64,000 nt of DNA from Octopus vulgaris (GCA_951406725.2 OX597823.1:101184001-101248000), one strand, 5' to 3'; shown: positions 1 to 11,664, counted from the first letter of the stretch. Numbers and translations are program-made. The notes: generated by a model not told the origin, from the letters alone.

Positions 1-1102
1 TGGGGGGGCGACCCTCGAGTATCACCGGGTACCTGTGCCCAGCCATTCTCAGGAAGTCCGGGAATTTCATTTGCCCCACGGCTACCGGTGTCCACAGGGT
101 CAAGGTTGCCCTCGACCCCTGCCAGACCGCGGGAGCCACCTTCACACTTAGCAGTCTGGGTCCGCTATCCCCCAGGCCTCGCCGGATGGTCTTTTCGATC
201 CATTCCGCCTCCGTGCCCGGGGGCAGCCCACACACCCAGGCTCTTTTCACTTTTCTGCCACAATACGAGGGGAGGAACAAAATTTCCTCTCCCTCCAGTG
301 GCTCGCTAGCAAATCTGCTAGCTTCCTCGGGGGTACCAAACAGCAACCAGACCGTTGCAAATTTGCTCCCCCGAGAAATAAATTTTATAGTTGGCAGGTA
401 GTCCCCCAACTCTTTCTCTATAGTATTCTTGTCGAAGAGGGCAATGGCTCCACGCGACCTAGAATAGGTTCGTAGGACCACCGTCCTCTTCTCAAGACTT
501 TCAATCCACTGCTTTGGTGGGACGACCTCCCATTCCAAAGCGGTGGTTTCTTTTGTTGCCATGTTTTTTTTTTTTTTTTTTTTTTTAAATAAATGTATTT
601 AGAATAAAACTAAAAAACGAGAAGAAAAGGAAATCCGAAGAATGTCACAATGAAAAACGGAGAGAGTCAAATAAAGTTGAAAAGAAAGTCAAATAAAGTT
701 AAAAAGAAAGTCAAAAACACAGCAAAATCCTTTTGGCCATTTGGTACTCCCGGCCTAAATCGAACCAGGATCGCACAGCTTCCACAAAAATTGGTGTAAA
801 ATTGGTAGTTCTTCACAGCACCATACAATTTTCACAATTCGAAGACGGATACGCCCCCCAAAATTTTCTCAGCGAGAAAATATATCTGCCACATGTCGGC
901 AGAATCAGAATTCTGAATCCAGTAGGACTTCCTGCATGTAAAAAATAATTCTCAACAAAAACTCCCACTGGACCCAGAAAACAGAATCTTACCTTACATG
1001 GGGCTTCCAAAGTTTCAATTCAAGACGGCTTCAAAAGCACATCTTCACTGCTTCAGTAGCAAACACAACACTGACTCGCACATGCGCAGTTAGCAAAGCT
1101 AC
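1..1102 (-). mobile_element. ORF1-only Tx1-related retroelement, array unit A (runs off the left edge)
   Basis: Near-identical to 2980-4087. ATG at 562 opens MATKETT...RGSKFATVWLLF...YPVILEGRPP, apparently uninterrupted to the window edge; ~540-nt 5' UTR with an A-tract directly before the ATG. Confidence 0.85.
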
Positions 1103-2079
1103 TTTATTTTAAATAATTTGCCACTAGGGCAGCACACAGAGTAGTAGCTACGGGCTGGACAAGGACATTAATGGATGATGGTGGTGGTTGATGAAGATGG
1201 TGATGGGAGAAGTCGAAAGCGCCCGCCGACTTTTGCTTCTCTAAAACAATGTTTCAATAAATTTCCTCTCCCTCCAGTGGCTCGCTAGCAAATCTGCTAG
1301 CTTCCTCGGGGGTACCAAACAGCAACCAGACCGTTGCAAATTTGCTCCCCCGAGAAATAAATTTTATAGTTGGCAGGTAGTCCCCCAACTCTTTCTCTAT
1401 AGTATTCTTGTCGAAGAGGGCAATGGCTCCACGCGACCTAGAATAGGTTCGTAGGACCACCGTCCTCTTCTCAAGACTTTCAATCCACTGCTTTGGTGGG
1501 ACGACCTCCCATTCCAAAGCGGTGGTTTCTTTTGTTGCCATGTTTTTTTTTTGTTTTTTTTTTTAAATAAATGTATTTAGAATAAAACTAAAAAACGAGA
1601 AGAAAAGGAAATCCGAAGAATGTCACAATGAAAAACGGAGAGAGTCAAATAAAGTTGAAAAGAAAGTCAAATAAAGTTAAAAAGAAAGTCAAAAACACAG
1701 CAAAATCCTTTTGGCCATTTGGTACTCCCGGCCTAAATCGAACCAGGATCGCACAACTTCCACAAAAATTGGTGTAAAATTGGTAGTTCTTCACAGCACC
1801 ATACAATTTTCACAATTCGAAGACGGATACGCCCCCAAAATTTTCTCAGCGAGAAAATATATCTGCCACATGTCGGCAGAATCAGAATTCTGAATCCAGT
1901 AGGACTTCCTGCATGTAAAAAATAATTCTCAACAAAAACTCCCACTGGACCCAGAAAACAGAATCTTACCTTACATGGGGCTTCCAAAGTTTCAATTCAA
2001 GACGGCTTCAAAAGCACATCTTCACTGCTTCAGTAGCAAACACAACACTGACTCGCACATGCGCAGTTAGCAAAGCTAC
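1103..2079 (-). mobile_element. Array unit B: shortened unit (5' UTR + ORF1 N-terminus fused to 3' UTR)
   Basis: ORF 1254-1541 (95 aa) is the ORF1 N-terminus, joined to the 3' UTR at ~1257-1262 through an AAAT microhomology. Equivalent to a ~978-bp tandem duplication (280-1260 vs 1258-2240). Confidence 0.8.
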
Positions 2080-4087
2080 TTTATTTTAAATAATTTGCCA
2101 CTAGGGCAGCACACAGAGTAGTAGCTACGGGCTGGACAAGGACATTAATGGATGATGGTGGTGGTTGATGAAGATGGTGATGGGAGAAGTCGAAAGCGCC
2201 CGCCGACTTTTGCTTCTCTAAAACAATGTTTCAATAAATACATTTAATAAACAATGATTCAAATTGCATAAAAATGTTCATCAATTCTTCTCGTCAGGTC
2301 CCCGAAGCAAATTGTCTTGCCGCCTGCAGACAACTCTGCGACGACAAGTCGGGGCCTGCAAAGAGAAAGGTAAAGTCTTTCTTTTCAAAGGTCTCTGCGA
2401 CCCTTGACAAAGTATCTTCTGTTACTTTCTCCGCAGCTACCTGCGGAGGCCATAACGGACTCCTTGAGCCGACCGTGTCCTTACGCTCTCGGTCACCCAA
2501 GCCAGTCAAGAATCTTTCAACCTTCTCTCCCTTGTGGTAAAGGAGGAGAAGCATCTCCTCTTCACAGGGAGGGACCTCACACTCCTCCGTCGGTGGCACA
2601 CTTCCCACTGGCGGAGCCTTGTCCGCGGGTGGCACACATCCCACCCGCGGCTCCGTCGGCGACACAGAAACGTCAGTCGTCCGACCTCTCCTTTTTCTCC
2701 TCCTTCTTTTGGGGGAGACTGCTGACCCAGGGGACTCCGTCACCAGACACGGGGGATTGCTATCCCCCTTCGCCCCCTGAGCGTTCTTTGGCGGGCAACC
2801 ATTGTTGCTCGCCTTTCTCTTTCTTTTCGTGGAGGCAACCTCCTCCACGACTTCCATCCATCGTCTCCCCCTCCAATGAGGGGGCGGCGGGCGCCTTTTC
2901 CCCTCTTTGCTCCGGGGCACCACTACGGCCCCTGGGACAATTCTTCCTGATATGTCCGGGCTTCAGGCACAGGTGACACTTGGGGGGGCGACCCTCGAGT
3001 ATCACCGGGTACCTGTGCCCAGCCATTCTCAGGAAGTCCGGGAATTTCATTTCCCCCACGGCTATCGGTGTCCACAGGGTCAAGGTTGCCCTCGACCCCT
3101 GCCAGGCGACCGCAGGAGCCACCTTCACACTTAGCAGTCTGGGTCCGCTATCCCCCAGGCCTCGCCGGATGGTCTTTTCGATCCATTCCGCCTCCGTGCC
3201 CGGGGGCAGCCCACACACCCAGGCTCTTTTCACTTTTCTGCCACAATACGAGGGGAGGAACAAAATTTCCCCTCCCTCCAGTGGCTCGCTAGCAAATCTG
3301 CTAGCTTCCTCGGGGGTACCAAATAGCAACCAGACCGTTGCAAATTTGCTCCCCGAGAAATAAATTTTATAGTTGGCAGGTAGTCCCCCAACTCTTTCTC
3401 TATAGTATTCTTGTCGAAGAGGGCAATGGCTCCACGCGACCTAGAATAGGTTCGTAGGACCACCGTCCTCTTCTCAAGACTTTCAATCCACTGCTTTGGT
3501 GGGACGACCTCCCATTCCAAAGCGGTGGTTTCTTTTGTTGCCATGTTTTTTTTTTTTTTTTGTTTTTTTTTAAATAAATGTATTTAGAATAAAACTAAAA
3601 AACGAGAAGAAAAGGAAATCCGAAGAATGTCACAATGAAAAACGGAGAGAGTCAAATAAAGTTGAAAAGAAAGTCAAATAAAGTTAAAAAGAAAGTCAAA
3701 AACACAGCAAAATCCTTTTGGCCATTTGGTACTCCCGGCCTAAATCGAACCAGGATCGCACAGCTTCCACAAAAATTGGTGTAAAATTGGTAGTTCTTCA
3801 CAGCACCATACAATTTTCACAATTCGAAGACGGATACGCCCCCCAAAATTTTCTCAGCGAGAAAATATATCTGCCACATGTCGGCAGAATCAGAATTCTG
3901 AATCCAGTAGGACTTCCTGCATGTAAAAAATAATTCTCAACAAAAACTCCCACTGGACCCAGAAAACAGAATCTTACCTTACATGGGGCTTCCAAAGTTT
4001 CAATTCAAGACGGCTTCAAAAGCACATCTTCACTGCTTCAGTAGCAAACACAACACTGACTCGCACATGCGCAGTTAGCAAAGCTAC
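2080..4087 (-). mobile_element. ORF1-only Tx1-related retroelement, array unit C (~2.0 kb, complete)
   Basis: 5' UTR 3545-4087, ORF1 2294-3544, ~210-nt 3' UTR ending GCCCTAGTGGC...AAATAAA; no endonuclease or RT sequence. Confidence 0.85.
2294..3544 (-). pseudogene. gag-like ORF1 of unit C, two frameshifts
   Basis: Stitched from ORFs 3230-3544, 2760-3329 and 2294-2923. CCHC knuckle CHLCLKPGHIRKNC and basic KRRRRKRR tract. Lesions: one C missing at ~3351 relative to unit A, and an ATGG duplication at ~2857. Confidence 0.85.
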
Positions 4088-4378
4088 TTTATTTCATTTC
4101 ATTTAATTTGCCACAAGGGCAGTACACAGATAGTAGCTACGGGCTGGACATAGACATTAATGAATGATGGTGATGAAGTGAAGATGTTGATGGGAGAAGA
4201 CGAAAGCGCCCGCCGACCCCCGCTTCTCTAAGACAATGTTCAATGAATACATTTAGTAAAATGTTCAAAAATGTTCAGAATGTTCAAATTACATTTTTTC
4301 AGAGGAGGTAATAAACCTCCTCTTCAACATGTTTAAAAATGTTCAAAATGTTCAAAAAGTGTTTAACAATTCTCCCCG

Positions 4379-5608
4379 TCAGGTCCCCGAAGCAAATTGT
4401 CTTGCCGCCTGCAGACAACTCTGCGGCGACAAGTCGAGGCCTGCAAAGAGAAAAGTAAAATCTTTCCTCTGAAAGGTCTCTGCGACCCTTGTCAAAATAT
4501 CTTCCGTTACTACCTCCGCAGCTACCCGCGGAGGCCATAACGGACTCCTTGAGCCGACCGTGTCCTTGCGTTCTCGGTCACCCAAGCCATTAAAAAACTT
4601 TTCCACCTTCCCTCCCTTGTGGTAAAGGAGGAGAAATAACTCCTCTTCACAGGAAGGGACCTCACACTGATCCGTCAGTAGCACACTTCCTACTGACGGA
4701 GCCCTTTCCGCGGGTGGCACACATCCCACCCGCGGTTCCGTCGGAGACACAGAAACGTCAGACGTCCGACCTCTCCTTTTTCTCCTCCTTCTTTTGGGGG
4801 AGACTGCTAACCCAGGGGACTCCGTCACCAGACACGGGGGAATGCTATCCCCCTCCGCCCCCTGAGCGTTCTTTGGTGGGCAACCGTTGTTGCTCGCCAG
4901 CCTCTTTCTTTTCATGGAGGCAACATCCTCCGTCTCCCCCTCCAATGAGGGGACGGCGGGCACCTTTTCCTTTTCATGTTCCGGGGCGGCACCACGGCCC
5001 CCGGGACACTTCTTCTTAATATGTCCAGACTCCGAGCACCGGTGACACTTGGGGGCGCGTCCCTCAAGCATCACCGGATACTTGGATCCGGCCATCTTCA
5101 AGAAGTCTGGCAAAACCAGACTCTTGGCCGACTGGGTCCACAGAGTCAAGGTAGCCTTTCCTCCTTCCCAGTTAGCCGCAGGCTGCATTTTCACATTCAG
5201 GATCTTGGCGCTACCACCGCTCAGACCCCGGCGGATGGAATCTTCCACCCACTCGGGCTCAAAGCCGGGCGGCAGGCCACAGACCCATAAACGTAACAAT
5301 TTTTCCCCCTTGTAACTGGGGAGAAACAGAATCTCATCGCCCTCAATGGGCTGGCTTGCAAATTTGCAAGCTGCTTCAGCGGAGTCAAATAGCAACCATA
5401 CCGTTGCGTATTTGACTCCCCGTTGAATATGTTTAACGGCTGGCATATAGTTTGCCAGCTCGTTCACAATGGTGTCTCTCGGAAAAACCATTATGGCGTC
5501 GAGTGACTTTGAATATGTCCTCAACACCACGGTCTTTTCCTCGAGTTCGTGCAAATATTTTTTGGGAGGTGTTAATTCCCACACAGTGAATTTCTTTGCC
5601 TGTGCCAT
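4379..5608 (-). CDS. gag-like ORF1 nucleic-acid-binding protein (CCHC zinc knuckle), 409 aa
   Basis: Uninterrupted ORF with CHRCSESGHIKKKC (CX2CX4HX4C). RGVKYATVWLLF / FLPSYKG / GLPPG / YPVMLEGRAPKC align with ORF1 of the Tx1 element at 58686-59105. Confidence 0.88.
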   Translation of the reverse strand: MAQAKKFTVWELTPPKKYLHELEEKTVVLRTYSKSLDAIMVFPRDTIVNELANYMPAVKHIQRGVKYATVWLLFDSAEAACKFASQPIEGDEILFLPSYKGEKLLRLWVCGLPPGFEPEWVEDSIRRGLSGGSAKILNVKMQPAANWEGGKATLTLWTQSAKSLVLPDFLKMAGSKYPVMLEGRAPKCHRCSESGHIKKKCPGGRGAAPEHEKEKVPAVPSLEGETEDVASMKRKRLASNNGCPPKNAQGAEGDSIPPCLVTESPGLAVSPKRRRRKRRGRTSDVSVSPTEPRVGCVPPAERAPSVGSVLLTDQCEVPSCEEELFLLLYHKGGKVEKFFNGLGDRERKDTVGSRSPLWPPRVAAEVVTEDILTRVAETFQRKDFTFLFAGLDLSPQSCLQAARQFASGT

Positions 5609-5955
5609 AACGTAAAATACAACAGTTCAAAATGGTAAACTAAAATTAGACACAGAAAGGAGAATGAAAAAATGCAACAGAAGGGAAGAAATAAAATTGA
5701 AAATGGCAGTTCAAAAAAGTTTTTACAAATAAATAATAGACAGAGAAAGAGAGTTCAATTCAGACAAAGGAATTCAGTTCTTTTTTTTTCCACTTCTTCG
5801 GCCAAAAATTGTAATCCAGGCCAAATGCACTGTTGGTAAAACCCTTGGTAAATAATCCTTGGTGAAACCCTTGGTAAATAATCCTTGGTAATCCGTGGAC
5901 AACACAACGAAAATTTCAACAATAATTTTTTCAGACGGACTATGCCGCTTCAAAA

Positions 5956-6350
5956 ATACAATTTCTTTTCACTCGACACAGGCAGAAAAATTATATCCGG
6001 AGCAAAGTGGAGCCTTATTATTTGCTAAAAAATATTAAATGCTAAAAAACATTCATGCAAGTAATAAAACTTCACTAAACTCGCAAAAACATAAAACGCC
6101 AACCCGTAGTCGATTCGAACGTTCAACAATTCACGTTGAAACAACGCGACATCAATACAATTTCTTTTCACTCGACACAGGCAGAAAAATTATATCTGGA
6201 GCAGAGTGGAGCACTATTATTTGCTAAAAAATATTAAATGCTAAAAAAAAACATTCATGCAAGTAATAAAACTTCACTTCGCTCGCAAAAATACAAAATT
6301 CCTACCTTTAGTCGAGTCAAATGTTCAATAGTTCACGTTAACACGTGGCA
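5956..6350. repeat. Two ~200-bp tandem monomers in the 5' UTR of unit D
   Basis: AATACAATTTCTTTTCACTCGACACAGGCAGAAAAATTATATC... starts at ~5956 and again at ~6155, with homology across the unit. Confidence 0.85.
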
Positions 6351-6380
6351 TTTGCCGGAGCAAAAAACAACACGTCTGTC

Positions 6381-6419
6381 TGGTATGCAAGCTACTTACC
6401 ACACAGCTACTCCTGCGCC
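6381..6419 (-). mobile_element. 5' head of tRNA-derived SINE, cut off by the array
   Basis: Reverse complement GGCGCAGGAGTAGCTGTGTGGTAAGTAGCTTGCATACCA matches the first ~39 nt of the SINEs at 7195 (+) and 37290 (-). Confidence 0.85.
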
Positions 6420-7194
6420 ATAAAATGTCATAAAATGCTTAATCTCTCTTAAATTATACATCATTGTCTCAAAAACGAAAATCACATTTGTTATATTAGA
6501 CCCAGCTATATTAGGGTTAACATGAAAGTGCTCACGTTTGGTTGTAACTTTGTTCATCAGAAACTGATCTTTGAAGCCATGTTCGTCTTTGCATCTACCG
6601 CTTCTTTTCTGGAAACAGTTTTTTTTTTATGGAGCAGATCATATATCTGCCCGATCAGGACTGATCTGGGGTTAAGCAACAGAAAAAAAAGCAACTTTTA
6701 TTGCAACGTCTCTTATTTCTGGCTGCCATCAAATAATTCTTTTCGGGATAAATGGTATAAAGTATCAATTATTTCTCGGCAAGATGACTTTTGAACCACT
6801 GTAGTTATACTATGGATTCCAAAGAGATACAAGTCGATACTAGCGTGTTGTGAACCTAGGAAATCCACAGACTCTCTCTTCCGCGCAACACACACACGCG
6901 CACACACACATGCACACACACGTACGTATACACACAAATACACACACCCATACACATTCAAGATAAGGAATAACTAAGGATGTTCCATAAGCATTATCAA
7001 AACATTCAATTTCCATCGAAGATTCTAGTGGAGTGAGTTTCAAAGAGTGCATCACAAGTGATAATGAAATGGACCGTGGGTTATTTTAGAAATATAATTC
7101 AAGGTTTCAGAAAATCTGTACTGATGTCTTAAAAAGCGTTGTATTCTTAATTTTCAGAAATTTATTGTGCATCATCTCACAAAACTTAGGTATA

Positions 7195-7588
7195 GGCGTA
7201 GGAGTGACTGTGTGGTAAGTAGCTTGCTTACGAACCACATGGTTCCGGGTTCAGTCTCACTGCGTGGCACCTTGGGCAGGTGTCTTCTACTATAGCCCCG
7301 GGTCGACCAAAGCCTTGTGGGTGGATTTGGTAGACGGAAACTGAAAGAAGCCCGTCGTATATATCTGTATATATATATATATGTATGTGTGTATGTTTGT
7401 GTGTCTGTGTTTGTCCCCTCCCCAACTGATGCTGTTGTCTTTACGTCCCCGTCACTTAGCGGTTCGGTAAAAGAGACCGATAGAATAAGTACTAGGCTTA
7501 AAAAGAATATGTTCTGAGGTCGATTTGCTCGACTAAAAGAGGTGCTCCAGCATGGCCACAGCCACATTACTGAAACGAGTAAAAGAGT
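7195..7588 (+). mobile_element. tRNA-derived SINE (family 1), full length
   Basis: A-box-like TGACTGTGTGGTAAG, B-box-like GGTTCAGTCTC, internal TA/TG microsatellite, AAAAGAGTA tail; several homologous copies in the window. Confidence 0.85.
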
Positions 7589-7899
7589 ATACTCACACCG
7601 ATACCTTATAAGGTTGAGTTACGACATTTATAGAAAGAGGATGAGTGGAAAGTAGACACCCTTCTCTCCGCACATACAAACTTGGAGTAGCAATAGCACG
7701 TCACTATGATGAGATCGCGAATAACGATGAAAGGACTCTGACAAATTGATTGATTAACCGAGCAATTAATCAAACAACCGATTATTTAATTGATTAAGTG
7801 GTTAACACTTGACAAATAATAATAAAAGATGTGAAATATAACCAGTGGGCATATTTATAGCATAATGAATCTTTCAAAATCTCTATCATAAACCACGAA

Positions 7900-9260
7900 A
7901 CGATGTTTCGTAGCAATATATATATATACATATCAAAACAAAATGCTCTTATCATCAAAGAGAAACCTCAAATTATCTTAAAAGGTTATCAAATAAAAAT
8001 ATTTTTAGAAGTACAATAACAGTTTCCGAAGAAGCTCAAATTGTTTCTTATGAACTAACTGGAGCGGCTGCACAGAAAAATCAGTTGCATACTTTGGCAG
8101 AGTCGATTATTTTGCATGCATACAGAAAGATTAAAACAATTTTGGGGGATGAAGCCGAACAAGAAATCAAGTAATATTCCTTTCTCAAACGACACACTTG
8201 ATAAACGCATTTTGGAATTGTCTTTTGACATCGAAGAAAATGTATGCCACGATTAGCTTCAACATTCAAGTTTTGCTTTGAAAGTCGATGAAGCAGCAGA
8301 TATTACCAGCAAAGCTCAGCTATTGGCATCCATTCGTTTTATCGAAGATCAAATAGTAAATCAAATTTTTTGTTGCTACAAAGGAATGCTAGACACTAAA
8401 AAAAGGTGAACGCATTATTCCTATTTGAAAAATGAGAGTTATTATGAAAGTCACGGTTGGTACTTGTACCGATGGAAGTCTTTCTATGGTTGGCAATATG
8501 AAGGTTACAAACACATGTAAAAAAAAACCCAGCAATATCCGTATGTTATTAAAACCCACTGCTTTCTAGATAGAGACCTTGATTGTTAAAACATTGGGAG
8601 TTGAATTGAAACTAATTTTATATTAAGTTGTTTAATTTAATTAAAAGCTCGTTTGTTTGGGAAAATTTGCATTCACACAGCTTCGCAGTACTGACGCTTG
8701 TTTTTAACGCATTAAAGTGAGATGGTTGTGAAAGAGAAAAGGAACTCTGAAAGGAGACTTTTTTTCTTTTGTATTTTTTAAAGAAATTAATCAAAAACAC
8801 TTTTGAAATGCCTTCAAAGTGAATATATGGTTGTCTTGCCTGGAATATTTGACAAGCATATTTCAACACCTTAATAGCATGAAAAGGTAAAAAAAGAAAA
8901 AAAAAAGAAAAAAGAAAAGAAAATATCCTTGACTCTACAGATAAATTGGCAGAATTTCAGAAATAAATAGTAACTCGGTAAAGAGAAACTAGAGTTGATA
9001 ATTCTGATATGACTTCCATTATAACTGAGCATTTAACAACGCTAGAAGAGAAAGTGAGCATTATTTTCCCTAATTAAACATTGAACAATATGATTGGAAT
9101 CGACACTCTTTCATGTAAAATCCTGTTATTGTTCATTTAAAATTATCTCAAGAAGAACAGTGTTTTTTTCTTTATCCAATGCTTACGAATTAAAATTTAA
9201 ACGAAGGAACCGGTTTTTGAAAGTTGCTTATCGCATATGAAGAGTAAGCGATGTTTTCAT
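7900..9260 (+). mobile_element. Decayed hAT (Charlie/Buster-like) transposase remnant
   Basis: Manual translation gives FALKVDEAADITSKAQLLASIRFI (~8272), CTDGSLSMVG (~8465), THCFL (~8554) and VRWL (~8717), matching hAT motifs; many stops and frameshifts. Confidence 0.75.
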
Positions 9261-10741
9261 CTATGCATTTGCAGAAACATGTCGTATTCGCAGGCAGTGG
9301 AATGTTTTAAATGGTGCATTAAAAGACATTGATTTAAAACATACATTGCATACAAACAAACATTACTCCTCATAAACGTAAAAATAAGAAACGAAATTTT
9401 ATGTGGTATACCATATAGTTTAAATGTTTGTTTCAACGTTGCCGCGATTTTAATAAACCTTATAAATAAGTAGTTATAGCAGTTTTAGGAACACCATCAG
9501 GTTCTATGAGAATCTGGTTATAAGCACGTAGAAACTCGATTTTAGAAAAACAGAACAACTATCTGAATAAGTTGAAAAATCTTAAATACTAGCAGGTCCC
9601 GTGGAAATTCCACGGTATAAGTCAGTACGTTTGAAAACATTATGGTAGTATATTGAACACAAATAAGAAGTTCCAAAAAATTCTTTTGATATCCTGTTTC
9701 ATAAGGTATTGATTATTTACCTCCTTGTAATAATTTTGACATGTATGATGTGCTTTATAGTTTAAGGAAATAAATGACGAATTAAAAACTTATATATATT
9801 AATTAAATGTCTATTATTTAAAATCTTGTTAAATATCTGTCCCTGTGCCTTATTTATTGGCAGAGAGCAGGACAGCCTTATAGGGAACTGAACTCGTTCC
9901 GAAATGAAAGGAAGGTTGGAGTCATTTGGAGCGAGCTTATATAATTATAAGATCCAGAAAATAGCGTTGAGTTAGTGTTGTACCAAAACCTTCGCTGCTT
10001 CTATAACCAGTAGAAAAAACCCCCATCCCAGTATGAACCTGTAAAACTCTTCCTGTCTATGTAATTACATTAGCACTTTAGAGTAATGTGTCTTTCTAAA
10101 GCTTTAGTTTGTCGAGCTAAAGTCCCTTGTGCAATTAGCAATGAAACAAGAATATATATAGGGCTTTAAAAATATGTCTAGAATTTAAAGCATGACAATA
10201 TTAACAATTATAAAATCTAATGGTAAATTGTAGAAGTAACCCTGCAATTAATGGTTCCAACGCGTGTGATCTTTGTCTCTCTTAGAAATACAACACTGTT
10301 ACAGCATTTTGCAATTGGAACATAAAACCAGAATCCGTGAATTCATGCAGACACTACCATCGCTATTTCCAAATATCAACTGGTTAAAATAGATTATTTC
10401 TTCAAAAGTGAGAAAATTTAAACTTTTCTGTTGCCGCATGATATTTCAACGCCTTTTCGAAAAGAAATATTTCTTCAACAAATTTTGTGTAACGTTCGAA
10501 CTTTATTCAGCTTGACAAGTGCTCTGATGCAAAAATCTAGACACTTAAGTCACTACACAAACTCACATTCTCACAAACATTAAAATTCATTTATAATATT
10601 CTAGTGACGTAGCTGAAGATAAAATGTTTTTGTGTATCTGTCTATTTGTCCACATACATATATACACACACACGCAAACACACCCACCCAAATATAGAAT
10701 TCATATATATATATATGTGAATAAAATTTATATATACAGTA

Positions 10742-10837
<96 letters not shown>

Positions 10838-11392
10838 GTGTCTACACGTTTGGTAGTTTATCTCTGTAAGCCTGTCTTTATTTCTGGTTATCTACATCTC
10901 TGTAGACAGACTCATACAGAGATAGGTGAATTTGAAAGTTAGAATATGAAGATTTTAAGTGATAAATTTAAAATTACCATTAACTTCAAAATTAAAAGTT
11001 AATGATTATTAATTAATGATAAAGAATTTCAGAAATATAAAAAAAGAAAGAAGACACAACACCACCAACAGTACGACGACGACGACGACGATGATGATGA
11101 TCATGATATAGATATGGAAATTCAAGGAATTTGATAAAAGCTAACAGTACGTGAGTGGGTACCGTTGTGCATGATAGTCCTGGAATAGTGGATTAGACTA
11201 AATATACATTAGACAGGAAAACTGGAAGTTTAACTATGCATGGAGTGTTTCTTCCGGAGGCAAATGTCAGTCGTTTGTTGAAGGCTGGAGGGAGAGGACT
11301 TCTGACTGTGTGGTTGGTAATAAAGATCAGCAAACCACCCCGTGTGTAAATATATGTGTGTGTGTGTGTATAATATAAATTATATATATATA

Positions 11393-11517
<125 letters not shown>

Positions 11518-11664
11518 ATATATATGCGCGCATAGCAGAATTTTGGAGGGAAAATTTACGGTCCCAGTCGTTTACTTAGTTTTAACTTATGCACACTTCA
11601 CCCCACTATCTGATGACGCCTGGTCAGAGGTGGAGGTTGATGGCATTTGATAAATCTATCGAAT

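Larger units (their letters stand above)
4088..6380 (-). mobile_element. ORF1-only Tx1-related retroelement, array unit D (different subfamily)
   Basis: Intact 409-aa ORF, 3' end homologous to unit C, largely unrelated 5' UTR with ~200-bp tandem monomers; 5' end abuts a SINE head at 6381. Confidence 0.8.

Noticed and set aside
1254-1262. Unit B as a spliced retrocopy
   Set aside because: No GT..AG at the boundaries on the sense strand; the junction shows 4-bp microhomology.
5956-6350. CRISPR-like repeat-spacer array
   Set aside because: Eukaryotic context; plain tandem monomers without unique spacers or cas genes.
1-6380. Telomeric HeT-A-like role for the ORF1-only array
   Set aside because: The 5' ends face ordinary interstitial sequence, opposite to what terminal addition at the left would give, and no telomeric repeats are present.
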